A stretch of DNA of 64,000 nucleotides from Minutocellus sp. GHC0000111 (taxonomy: Eukaryota), in NCBI GenBank assembly GCA_977018835.1, contig OZ361261.1, positions 2,232,001-2,296,000 on the forward strand. Reading direction: 5' to 3'. Shown here one piece after another: positions 11,347-20,946 of this stretch. The position numbers were made by a program, and so were the translations under genes. The notes below the pieces were generated by a model that worked only from the letters and a program-made list of their open reading frames with translations, ran no database searches and was not told the origin of the DNA. The first letter of the stretch is position 1; every line of letters begins with the position of its first letter.

Positions 11347-11970
11347 ATGGCCAACCACCAGCAAAATGCGTCCCCCGAAGTGCCACAACATTTCGCAATG
11401 TACAAGCCACCAGGGGTACTGACCCAATTTGTCCACACAGCTCGGCGACGGAAGAATCGGAAACTGTTGGGAGAGTTCCACGACTTCCCCGACGGCACCA
11501 TGGCGATCGGTCGTCTCGACGAGGATTCGGAGGGACTTCTTCTCCTGACCACTTGCGGGAAGAAATCGAATGATGTGAGAGATAAGTCGGTCGAGAAGGA
11601 GTACTACTGTCAAGTCGATGGCCAAATAACACAGGAGACTATTGATAGGATGAAATCCGGGCTGGAGATATCTATCAAGGGATCCATCACAAAGACGTTA
11701 CCGTGCGATGCGAGGATATTGGACTGCAGCGGTGACTCTCTCCCTGACAGTATACCACCTCCAACTAAAAAGATTAGAGATTCGAGACATGGACCAACGA
11801 GCTGGATTTCCATAACAATAACAGAAGGAAAGTATCGGCAAGTGAGAAAGATGACGGCAGCAGTTGGTTTCCCAACACTGAGATTGATCAGGGTGAGAGT
11901 GGCTGACATTGATTTGGATGGCTTATCCTTGACCGTGGGCGAAGTACGAGAGATCGAAAATCCCATTTAG
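11347..11970 (+). CDS. rluE: RsuA/RluE-family rRNA pseudouridine synthase, bacterial-like
   Basis: YKPxGVLTQF, GRLDEDSEGLLLLT (catalytic Asp), KEYYCQV and EGKYRQVRKMTAAVGFPTLRLIR. No S4 domain, as in RluE. Confidence 0.85.
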   Translation: MANHQQNASPEVPQHFAMYKPPGVLTQFVHTARRRKNRKLLGEFHDFPDGTMAIGRLDEDSEGLLLLTTCGKKSNDVRDKSVEKEYYCQVDGQITQETIDRMKSGLEISIKGSITKTLPCDARILDCSGDSLPDSIPPPTKKIRDSRHGPTSWISITITEGKYRQVRKMTAAVGFPTLRLIRVRVADIDLDGLSLTVGEVREIENPI

Positions 11971-12131
11971 TTTGTGTATGATTAGGGCTGAATGACTACG
12001 CTAATGCTACAATAGCTCACAAAGCAATGTCAAGAGGGGCGCAGGGGTAAAAATGCGGTTTGATTTGTCTCTAGACTAGCTAGCTACTCTAAATCTACAA
12101 TATTTGTAAATTATGGCTCACAAAGTAATAT

Positions 12132-14158
12132 CTATGGACACTGTACATTGGAGCACGGAAGCTGAATATTCTGGAAGCATCCCTGATTAGCGTTTGGGCA
12201 CCCCTTTGTCACGCAATCAGAATTGGTAACAGGAAATGAACCTGAAGGGCAACGACAACAAATGTCGCCATAACTCGTTCCGCAGAATGAACCCTGTACC
12301 GAGACAACACCAGCAGGATATTGTTGACAAGATTCTTGCCCTCCGCCGTTATCGATTGGCATGTTTGTTGGTTTATCTGTGGGAGGGTCCGTGGCGGGGA
12401 GATTCTCGTTGTTGTTGAATTGGGAACAATAGTAGTTCATGCCAGCTGGCGAGAACTGTGGATCTTTGCACTGTAGGTGATTTGTCGGTAAGTCGCAGCA
12501 TGCGCCAAAATCCGACGACGACTTTTGCGCAAGACACTGGTCGATCACCGCATTTCTATCAGACGATAATTTGTTGGGATTGTAGCAGCATCCTTTTCCA
12601 GGGACTGGTGATCCTTTGCAACCAGGAATGTAATTGATGGGAGTCGCCGAGATGGAAGGCTCGACAGCCCAGCCAACCCAGCCTCCTCCTGGCGAGGGTA
12701 CTGGGAGAGCGCATTTATTTGCCCCGCGGTCCCAGTTGGTGCATTGCTGATCTGTGCTACATTCGCCGCGACAAGTTCCACAGGTATTCCCAACAGTGCA
12801 CGAGCGATCTAGTATCTCAACAGACCGCATGTCATCGTCATCTAACCAAACGTACGGATTGTTGCAACACAAATCTACAAACCGAGACACTTTTCTGCCG
12901 CATGCTCGGCCTTGCCTTGATATTGCGGGTAGGTGCAGTAGCACGTATCGCATTCAGGTAGGCAATCCTCAAAGGCATCTCGATAATTGCGGCAATCATC
13001 GTAGCAGTCATCTACGTGATCACATCTGTCTTTGTTGCGGTTTGAATCCTTGATGCAGTCCGAACATTCATCCTTCAAATGGTCATACCAACATTGGTAA
13101 TAGTCCGAACATGTCTGCTTCCATCCACCTAGACTGCTGTCACATTGGCCATTAGCATACTTATCTTTGGCGGAACTGCATTTGCCTGAGCAGTGCTGAC
13201 ATTCACTGTAAGCATAGTTTGCCTTTTCTCTAGCCCACTTGCTGCTGACAGAGTGAGAGTTGTCCTTCTCCCATTTCTCGACACAATACGAAAACTCATC
13301 GCATGTTTTGTAAGGTTTGTAGTCCGATAATTTGTCGAGGATATAATCGCATTTGCCATCGGCAAAACCAGAGTCGTGCGGCGATGGAGTCGGAGGGGGA
13401 GGCGTCCAAGGCTGGCCGGGATACATTGGGTGGACAGGATCATGATTGTAGAGCTTATAAGGAGTCGGTATAGGCAAATCCTCGCAATAGTCTTCCGCCT
13501 TTTTACCCGTTGCTTCAGCAAATTCGTCCAAATAGAAGTCGTACACACAATGCTCAAAGTCTTGGCACTTCTTTGGTCTCCAATATCCAAGATCATCGCC
13601 GCACCGTCCCAGGTTGTTGCCAGAACTTCCGCCGTGGTGCCAGTCTGGGTTGTAGCAGTAATCCCAGCCAGATTTGCCAGAGCCATAGCATCCTGGAACA
13701 TCTTCTGTTCCGTCTCTCTGGTAACACTCCAGACTGCCTTCACAGTATGAGTCTTTGTCGCAATCGCCTTCACAGAGCCCACAGCGGTGGTCGCTGTTGC
13801 AATCCTCGCGTGAATGTTCATGCAACTCCTCTTCGTACCACCCATGGTGCGAATAGTCGTAGTGATCCTGCCCCTTGTAGGACTTGCAGAACTCGTCCTT
13901 GCCCTCGGCGGTCTTCTCGGCCTTGTTCTTGCACTTGTCCAGACACCGATTCTTGCATTTGCGCTCCTGGCAGCAGTCCATACAGCTCGGCACCGACGAT
14001 GTAGATGATTGGCACGGCCCGCCCCACATGTTGCCCGACGCGCTGACCAACAATTTGTTGGTGTTGCCGCAGGTGAAAAGGAGGGCCAATGATATTGCAA
14101 GCCAATTGACGACAGGGTTGCGGAGGGAGTAAATCGATGGCGGCGAGGACGATGCCAT
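12132..14158 (-). CDS. Secreted cysteine-rich cell-wall protein with frustulin-type ACR domain(s); one frameshift near 12880
   Basis: Signal peptide from ATG 14158. CGLCEGDCDKDSYCEGSLECYQRDGTEDVPGCYGSG..DYCYNP matches the frustulin C(E/Q)GDCD domain. A second divergent copy (CGTCRGEC...IPGCKG..CCYNP) lies in the downstream frame. One extra T at GGTTTGTAGAT joins the two frames. Confidence 0.8.
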
Positions 14159-14584
14159 TGTTCCTTCCAATTATCCGGGTTTGCCTTCCTTCCTTTCTTG
14201 ATGTCTTTCTGGTTGTGCCGCAAATAAAAAATATATGTTTGCACCGATCCGGAGGTGATACAGTGGCTAATAGCAAAGATACGAGCTCTCTCCGTTACGC
14301 TTGTTCAGGGTGCGTTCCGCTATTGGCGGATAGGAATTCCTATCTCTGGTGGAATGGCAGCCGAGCCCCACCTGCCCACCTGGTCTGTGCCGAAATCGGG
14401 CGATTTCACTCCCGCGCGGGAAGCCCGGCTCTCGCCAACGGACACACTGTCAACTGACCAAGGCCAGACTTTTGCACTCCCATGCCATCGATGCGCATCC
14501 GGCCATCCGGCGCCAGGCTTCCTCGCTCTGACCCTCGCCTCGCCGACGACATTGGCCGACGAAGCATGAAGCATACCGACGAAG

Positions 14585-16057
14585 ATGACTGCTGCTACAT
14601 GCACCGCTGCCGCTGCTGAAGCACCGCAGCAGCCATTTCGCACCCGCCTATGCTTTCACTGTGGTGAACCTAGCCATAGAGCAAAAGAATGTCCATCTCG
14701 TGCCGATGATGCCAAGGACGGCACTGGTACTGGTGGTGCCCAGACCAAGGCTGGTCGGGAGGCTTTCGCTCGGTACCTCCAATGCCGGAGAGAACTTGCC
14801 GCAGAGAGAGAAAAGAAGCGGGGCCAGGAGTCTGAAGATGATCGCGCCGATACTACGTTCGTGAATGCAAAGGCAAGGGGGCCTTTGCATCACTTTCATC
14901 GCGTATTGGAATGGATGAACGATAAGTCCGCTGCTGCCACCCTGGCCGGTGAAGCAGCACAGCCGAGGGATCCAATGGCGGTCCTGCAAGGCGAAGCATT
15001 GGAGGCAGCGGCATCATCTCTAAACACCACGCAGAGATGGAATGATCTGCACAAGGCCAGATGGAACGACGTTGATAAAGCGCATCGAGAAGTATTTGAT
15101 GGCTACATACAGGACATTCGGGTGCGACTTGCTTCGTCGCTTGATGTAACACCTGAGGATGAAGCGGCATCAACTTGGCATGAAAAGCTCAGCGAGGCGG
15201 TAAATCTTGGCCGCCCTGCTGATTTTTCGTCGAAATCTGGCGGAGAACTGGGCGTGTACACAGTCAAAAAGCTTCAGGCTCGATGCCGACAAATGCACCA
15301 CTTGATTTTTGACAATTGTGACATATCAGCAAAGTTGCGGTCCTTGTTGTTGCCATCACACCTGCCAGATGGAAGCAATAGCAGTGGCGATGATAGAGCC
15401 AGGCCCATCAATGCCGTGTCGCTCGGAGGTGGCCCAGGTTACGATCACGTTGCTCTTTGCATAGGAGCCAATTTTTTGCATCGCGCTCAGCCGAATTCAA
15501 AAGAATTCGAGGTGCGGCATGTTCGGACTCAGGTCTTTGATCTATTTGATAAAGATTGGAAGCCCGTAATGTTGACATTGGGAGAATGTGCGAACCGAAC
15601 TTTTCTAGCAGAAACTGCTGAAGATTCTACGGATCGATGCAATAAAAGGAGTAAAGGCGGTAAGATGTCAATGCACCATTGTGATATTCGAAAAGGATTG
15701 GACGATGTTTGTCATGCGGATCTTGCCAATGCCATTGAGAGTGCTGATGTGATATGTGTATCATTTGTACTTCATGAGAACGCATCATTTATTTTAGACG
15801 AGGGCCATGATTCTCACGGGGAGGATGACTTTAGTTCTGAAGCAATTCTTGCGGGCGCAATGCGAGATGTGTTCGAACAATCTCCGTTGGGAACAATCAT
15901 GGTTGTGATGGACTCTTCCAATACTTTGTTTCCAGCCTTGAAAAACACGGCCAAGAAACATGGGTGGATGTTTCGGGGCGATGATGAAAGAAGAGTTGAA
16001 GGTCAAAAGATTGATAATCTCGGACCAAAGAGCTTTGTCTTGTTAGAAAGAATTTAA
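14585..16057 (+). CDS. CCHC zinc-knuckle protein with a C-terminal class I SAM-dependent methyltransferase-like domain
   Basis: CFHCGEPSHRAKEC (CX2CX4HX4C). AVSLGGGPGYD resembles motif I, followed by VFD, HHCDI and ADVICVSFVLHEN. Confidence 0.72.
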   Translation: MTAATCTAAAAEAPQQPFRTRLCFHCGEPSHRAKECPSRADDAKDGTGTGGAQTKAGREAFARYLQCRRELAAEREKKRGQESEDDRADTTFVNAKARGPLHHFHRVLEWMNDKSAAATLAGEAAQPRDPMAVLQGEALEAAASSLNTTQRWNDLHKARWNDVDKAHREVFDGYIQDIRVRLASSLDVTPEDEAASTWHEKLSEAVNLGRPADFSSKSGGELGVYTVKKLQARCRQMHHLIFDNCDISAKLRSLLLPSHLPDGSNSSGDDRARPINAVSLGGGPGYDHVALCIGANFLHRAQPNSKEFEVRHVRTQVFDLFDKDWKPVMLTLGECANRTFLAETAEDSTDRCNKRSKGGKMSMHHCDIRKGLDDVCHADLANAIESADVICVSFVLHENASFILDEGHDSHGEDDFSSEAILAGAMRDVFEQSPLGTIMVVMDSSNTLFPALKNTAKKHGWMFRGDDERRVEGQKIDNLGPKSFVLLERI

Positions 16058-16132
16058 GCTGAGCATTTTCAAACCTCTGATATATGTTAAACTTTTTAGC
16101 ATGTGCAATACAATCTTAGATTGACTTCAAAC

Positions 16133-17734
16133 TTATTTCCCGCATCGACAATCGCTGACGTTGCGAAAGTACGTTGCAAGGACTTCTTCAGCTAGCTTCT
16201 TTAGTAAGACAAAATTGTTTGCAGGCTCCCCGCCAGAATAGCAAAGAACGGTTCTATGCTTGCCCTGTTGATCAGGAATGATTGTATGCGCTATAAAGCC
16301 CTTGCACCCCTTCTCATTGGCTACCGATGCATTGATGGCATCTGCCAGGTCTAGATTCATCGCATTTGTATCGATTCGAAGATCTCGCTCGATCTCTTCA
16401 TCCGTATAGTTGAAGTACTTGCTGCCAGACACGCGAAAGAAGGTTATGCCAGAGTCCTTCGTCGTAGATCCGTCCACAATCTCAAATTCTTCGCTACAAC
16501 TGAGCTCTTGCAGCATTCTATCATCTATCACCTCGCTAGAATTTTTCCGGCTCATCTCATCTTTGTCTATGCAACAGTTGCCGAATCCTGCCTCCAAATC
16601 TGTGTCGAGTCTCGGTCCGATGAACGCCAGTTCAGATGCAGGCGGACCGGCCCATTTTCCATCGAGCTCAAACCCAAGTCGGCCGCGTCCGCTTAAATGC
16701 AGAATACATCGATAATGTTCAAAACCATGGATCCAAAGCACTCCTTTCATCCTGGCTAGCTTTTGGACGCGTGGACTTGTTACAAACTGTTGAAGTTTGG
16801 CGAGAGAGAGTGGGCGGTCAGCGAGCGTTACAGAAAGACTGGAATATCCACTCGATTTGGCAATCACGTGGCTGCCATTACTGCTCCCTCCGACACTGCT
16901 CGAAGCGTCTCGCCGCAAAGCTCCTCCGGTGGAGGACACATAAAGAGGTACCTTTGTGCGCTCGTGGGTTATAGGAATCACTGTATCACCACCGGCACTT
17001 CCATCATCAGCTGGACTGACGTCCAATATCCTATCCAGCGGTATACTCGATCTGACTGTCCTGTGAATTTCAGCCGTTGAATTGTACGAGCGAATGCGTC
17101 CCTCTACTAGGTCAAGATCAGCACCATTCTCCCGTAGCAAATCAACCTTATTCATCAAAACAATATCCGCAGCTTTAAGCTGAGCAATCGCCTCCGAACT
17201 TGGGAGAGGAGAATGCAAAAACTGATCGGAATCAATGGCAGTGACAACAGCATCCAACCTCGCCCTAAAGCACTTGCCAAATTTTGCATCCAACGTCCGT
17301 ATCACCGACATGGGATCCGTGACACCAGACGTCTCAACGACAAGATAATTCACCTCGTCTGTGTCTACTGCTCCTCCAGTTTCTAGAAGTTTGAACACTG
17401 CATCTTTCAAGTCATCGAGCAAGTGGCAGCAAACGCATCCATTGCTCAACTCGACCACCCGCTCGGCACCATCCGCAACATTTTTGACGAGCTTCTCGTC
17501 AATATTGAGCTCGGCAAAGTCGTTGATGGCGGCAGCAATTCGAAGATTTGAGCGGTTGGTGAGGATGTGCTTCAGCAGGGTTGTTTTCCCGCTGCCAAGG
17601 TGGCCAGTAACGAGCGTCACGGGTAGTCGACGGTCGAGGTGATCATTCGAGAAGATGCGAGTGTTTTCCGCGTGGAGAAATATGTTCACGCGACTGGCTT
17701 CGACGTCGGCTTCGGAGCTGGACGCACGCGGCAT
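16133..17734 (-). CDS. CobW/COG0523 (G3E) GTPase metallochaperone
   Basis: GHLGSGKTT Walker A, NDFAELNID, NGCVCC (CxCC), ETSG, NKVD and a CobW_C-like RMKGVLW. Confidence 0.92.
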   Translation of the reverse strand: MPRASSSEADVEASRVNIFLHAENTRIFSNDHLDRRLPVTLVTGHLGSGKTTLLKHILTNRSNLRIAAAINDFAELNIDEKLVKNVADGAERVVELSNGCVCCHLLDDLKDAVFKLLETGGAVDTDEVNYLVVETSGVTDPMSVIRTLDAKFGKCFRARLDAVVTAIDSDQFLHSPLPSSEAIAQLKAADIVLMNKVDLLRENGADLDLVEGRIRSYNSTAEIHRTVRSSIPLDRILDVSPADDGSAGGDTVIPITHERTKVPLYVSSTGGALRRDASSSVGGSSNGSHVIAKSSGYSSLSVTLADRPLSLAKLQQFVTSPRVQKLARMKGVLWIHGFEHYRCILHLSGRGRLGFELDGKWAGPPASELAFIGPRLDTDLEAGFGNCCIDKDEMSRKNSSEVIDDRMLQELSCSEEFEIVDGSTTKDSGITFFRVSGSKYFNYTDEEIERDLRIDTNAMNLDLADAINASVANEKGCKGFIAHTIIPDQQGKHRTVLCYSGGEPANNFVLLKKLAEEVLATYFRNVSDCRCGK

Positions 17735-18039
17735 GGCGGTACGTGTTGAACGGCAAATGAGCCTCTTTGCGGCACTTTTTAAATTATCTGGCTAGGACCT
17801 AGCTGCTACTAGCTTTGGCGTCGGCTTCGGCGGTGTGGCATCATGGTGCACGGCAAAAAAATGAGCCTCGTTGCAGGTTTTTCAGTCTGTCCGCCAGCCG
17901 CCAGCTCGAATTTCGAATGAGCATGCAGGCAGGGAACCAAGTGCCAGGCAGGGCGAACTACTTGTTGGCGATGGCAAATGAAGACTATCAAGAATAAAAT
18001 GATCTAATGTGAATAGGATTTGGTTGGCTGGGAGAGAGC

Positions 18040-18927
18040 ATGGGATTATGTGCTCCAACGGCGCCGTGGACATTTGTGGTTCGCCCGCTACTTTCGCTCG
18101 TGATCATCATCTTCCTCCTCCTCCTTCGAACCGGACCTGCCGTTGGCTTATCATCCGCCCTGTCACTGAGGACAAATGATCACATTCTAGGCAGCCATGT
18201 CCTTCGGTCCCTTATAGTTTCCAAGGCTAATACAGACTTCGCTCTTCGGGGTAAGCAGCTCGACCACATCCAGCCCCATTCCTCCCGTCTTCTTCGTCGA
18301 GCATGGTCGGACGCTTCGTCGTCAGCACTTCAAAATCCCAATACAGTCACAAGGCCGGTGGATGCCGGTGTTGAATTTGGCCAGTGCAGTCTTGTGGGGG
18401 GTATCGACGAGCTATGGCGTCCAGAGGCATCAGTCGAATCAGTGCTCGCTTCGGCATTCCAATCGGCGGTGGCATCACACGCCTTGCACGGCATTGCAGA
18501 CACAAGGATGAGCCGATACGATCTGTACCATGGACATTTGATTCGCTCGACGTCTCAGGATGTTTGTGCATTAGCCATTTTATTTCATGCTGCGGAATAT
18601 CCTGCCAATGATTGTGGAGTGCTTGCCGACGTCGATCTCGGTCATTGTCAGTGTGGCTCCGATTGCCGGCCAACTTTGGAAGGATGGCGTTATCGCAACA
18701 TCCTTTGGGCTTCGTGGTGGCCCAGCGAAGATGGCATCAAACAGGTCTGCAATGAGCAGGCAATATGGCTTATGGATGGAAATGCTACGGAGGTAGCAAA
18801 TTTGAGAGTCGATAAAACTCAATTTGGGGCAGGGTGCCCAAATGCAATTTGGGAGGGGTATTTTAGAGAATGTTTGGCCGATGTCTACTGCCTTGATGGC
18901 ACTACTGTTTGGATGGCTTGTCATTGA
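18040..18927 (+). CDS. Uncharacterised protein with a signal peptide (YDLYHGH / LFHAxEYP family)
   Basis: Hydrophobic N-terminus. YDLYHGHL, ILFHAAEYPA, LGHCQCGS and RNILW recall an uncharacterised plant/algal family (from memory, not searched). Confidence 0.65.
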   Translation: MGLCAPTAPWTFVVRPLLSLVIIIFLLLLRTGPAVGLSSALSLRTNDHILGSHVLRSLIVSKANTDFALRGKQLDHIQPHSSRLLRRAWSDASSSALQNPNTVTRPVDAGVEFGQCSLVGGIDELWRPEASVESVLASAFQSAVASHALHGIADTRMSRYDLYHGHLIRSTSQDVCALAILFHAAEYPANDCGVLADVDLGHCQCGSDCRPTLEGWRYRNILWASWWPSEDGIKQVCNEQAIWLMDGNATEVANLRVDKTQFGAGCPNAIWEGYFRECLADVYCLDGTTVWMACH

Positions 18928-19178
18928 AACAGTGCTCTTTATTATCCTTATCTTCAAACTAGCAATTAGTACGTGAGTAAAGGGATGCGTACCATGGTAC
19001 CTAGTAGTGGTACTCCATACCATGCAACTCATGGGCTAATCTATTATTAGGCCATGATTCATTCAACTGACAGCTTTGGTCTCTGCAGATCGCCAAAAAA
19101 AGATTTAAATGAGAAATTTGCCGTGTCGGCCCTTCGTTTCTGTGCCATTTTCATCTTGTAGCCTACCTGTCAACAACC

Positions 19179-19682
19179 ATGAAGACCAATGAAACAATCA
19201 AGATTGAGGGCGATGGCATCAGTGTCGCCTTGACGACTGATGCAAGTAGTCGTGACGATGATACTCTTAGCAGTGGCTTGTTGAGCCAGGACGAACAAAC
19301 TGTATCCATGCCCGATGGGAATGCGATTTCAATCAAGGAATTTTCCGATTCTTGGTTTGCTGCGAAGCAAAATTACAAGAGTTTGATTCAGGCGGTCTAC
19401 CAGAAATTAGGCAAACGGGCAGAATTCAAGTTTGTCAATGAGCAAACTGAATACCTGAAGAGACCATTTTGGACGTCAAAGGTGACCATCGTGGGTTTGG
19501 AATCTTTTGGCGAGGAATTCTTGTCAACTTCAAACGCACCAGGACATATCCCTATCCTCACGAAAGACGACAACGCCTTTTATGGGCAGGTGAATGAAGC
19601 ACAAAATGCTGCTCTCAAGGCAGCCTATGAAGCCATATCGGCCAAATTCAAGGATATGGGAGTTGCTCCTGAGTGGACCTGA
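19179..19682 (+). CDS. Small protein with a double-stranded RNA-binding motif (dsRBD-like)
   Basis: YKSLIQAVYQK...PFWTSKVTI...EAQNAALKAAYEAI fits the dsRBD alpha-beta-beta-beta-alpha pattern. Confidence 0.55.
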   Translation: MKTNETIKIEGDGISVALTTDASSRDDDTLSSGLLSQDEQTVSMPDGNAISIKEFSDSWFAAKQNYKSLIQAVYQKLGKRAEFKFVNEQTEYLKRPFWTSKVTIVGLESFGEEFLSTSNAPGHIPILTKDDNAFYGQVNEAQNAALKAAYEAISAKFKDMGVAPEWT

Positions 19683-19698
19683 GCTCCACATATTATCC

Positions 19699-20799
19699 TT
19701 ATCGGCCTTGAGAAATAACCCCAACGTCTACATCGCTCAAGCTTCCGGTACAAGGCACATTCAAATCAAAGCACCCCAAGCTTGGTTGCACACCACAACC
19801 TTGGCAATTAGATTTCCATCTCTTCAAATAGTATAAAAACATATCGTTGGCAGGAAGTAAGAATATGTTTATCCACCTCATCTCTGGTTTGCTGTGCAGA
19901 GCGTAAAATCTTGCCAATAGGCCATCCTCGGTGATGTCATCTCTATTCATCATTGCTATGCCCAATCGATCGTTTCTCACATTCTCTGTATACCAATCCA
20001 AAGCATCGAGAAATCGGGCAGTAGTGAAATAGTATGTGTCCATGATCAGCCACTGATCGATCTTACTGCTGCTCATAAGCTCCATTACTGCTGAATTGAG
20101 AGGGTATTGGCTCGGCAGCCTGTCACAGGCTTGGCTGCAATCAGCAGCAGTTTTATTGGGTCCACAGTCTGGTTGATAGGGTACATCTTGAATACCAAAC
20201 ATGGCCTGGACAGCTGCCGATAAGGCCACGCCGTGTGAATGCAATCCATTTGCAAATTAGTCAAGAAACCTTGCCCAATTTCGAAATCGATCCACGGTTG
20301 ATCGTGGGGCACAATCGTATTCATCGTCCAAGGACCAGCCATCCAAACCAAGTTCCTTCGCCAGTTTTATTGCCGAATCTATTGCTGGTTGGGGATTGGA
20401 GACTACTGCATCTGGCACATTACCCAGAACCAGGTGGAACTCGGCGCCAGTATCTTTCACGGCCTGATACAGATCTTTGCACTTTTCCCAGGACGTATCG
20501 TCAATTTCGATTCCCAGTCCATCTGAACGAAATGATGCACCGCAGAATGCCTGCACGCCATCAAACACACCCGACCATGTGGAATTCCGAAGCTGCTTCG
20601 CTGCCAGAGGATTGGATCCTGTGGCCCAAGCCATCACTTTTCGATCTTGTGGTCGTGAGTTGGATCGGCGCCCGTCGACACTCTGGTTGGCTGTTGTTGC
20701 TGCCCCGGCAACCTGCAGAAAACCTTGAGGTTGAGCGAGAACAAGAATGCATGTTATCAGCGCTGATATTGATGAGCTGGCGGCGGTCGCAAAGAGCAT
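19699..20799 (-). CDS. GH18-like (chitinase-fold) secreted glycoside hydrolase, interrupted by one in-frame TAA
   Basis: Signal peptide from ATG 20799 and LGLDGWSLDDE (GH18 catalytic-like). TAA at 20257-20259 is followed in frame by FANGLHSHG...IMDTY. Confidence 0.7.
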
Positions 20800-20946
20800 G
20801 GTGTGGTTACGTAGGGAAGCAAAGTGCCTGGAATTTTGGATGGCGGACTGCACTGGCGATCTAAATCTCCGGGTTATTTCCCTTTTCCCTTTTTGCCTTT
20901 TCCCTCCCTTTTTCGCCTGCTCCCGGCTTCATTCTCGAGATGACAG

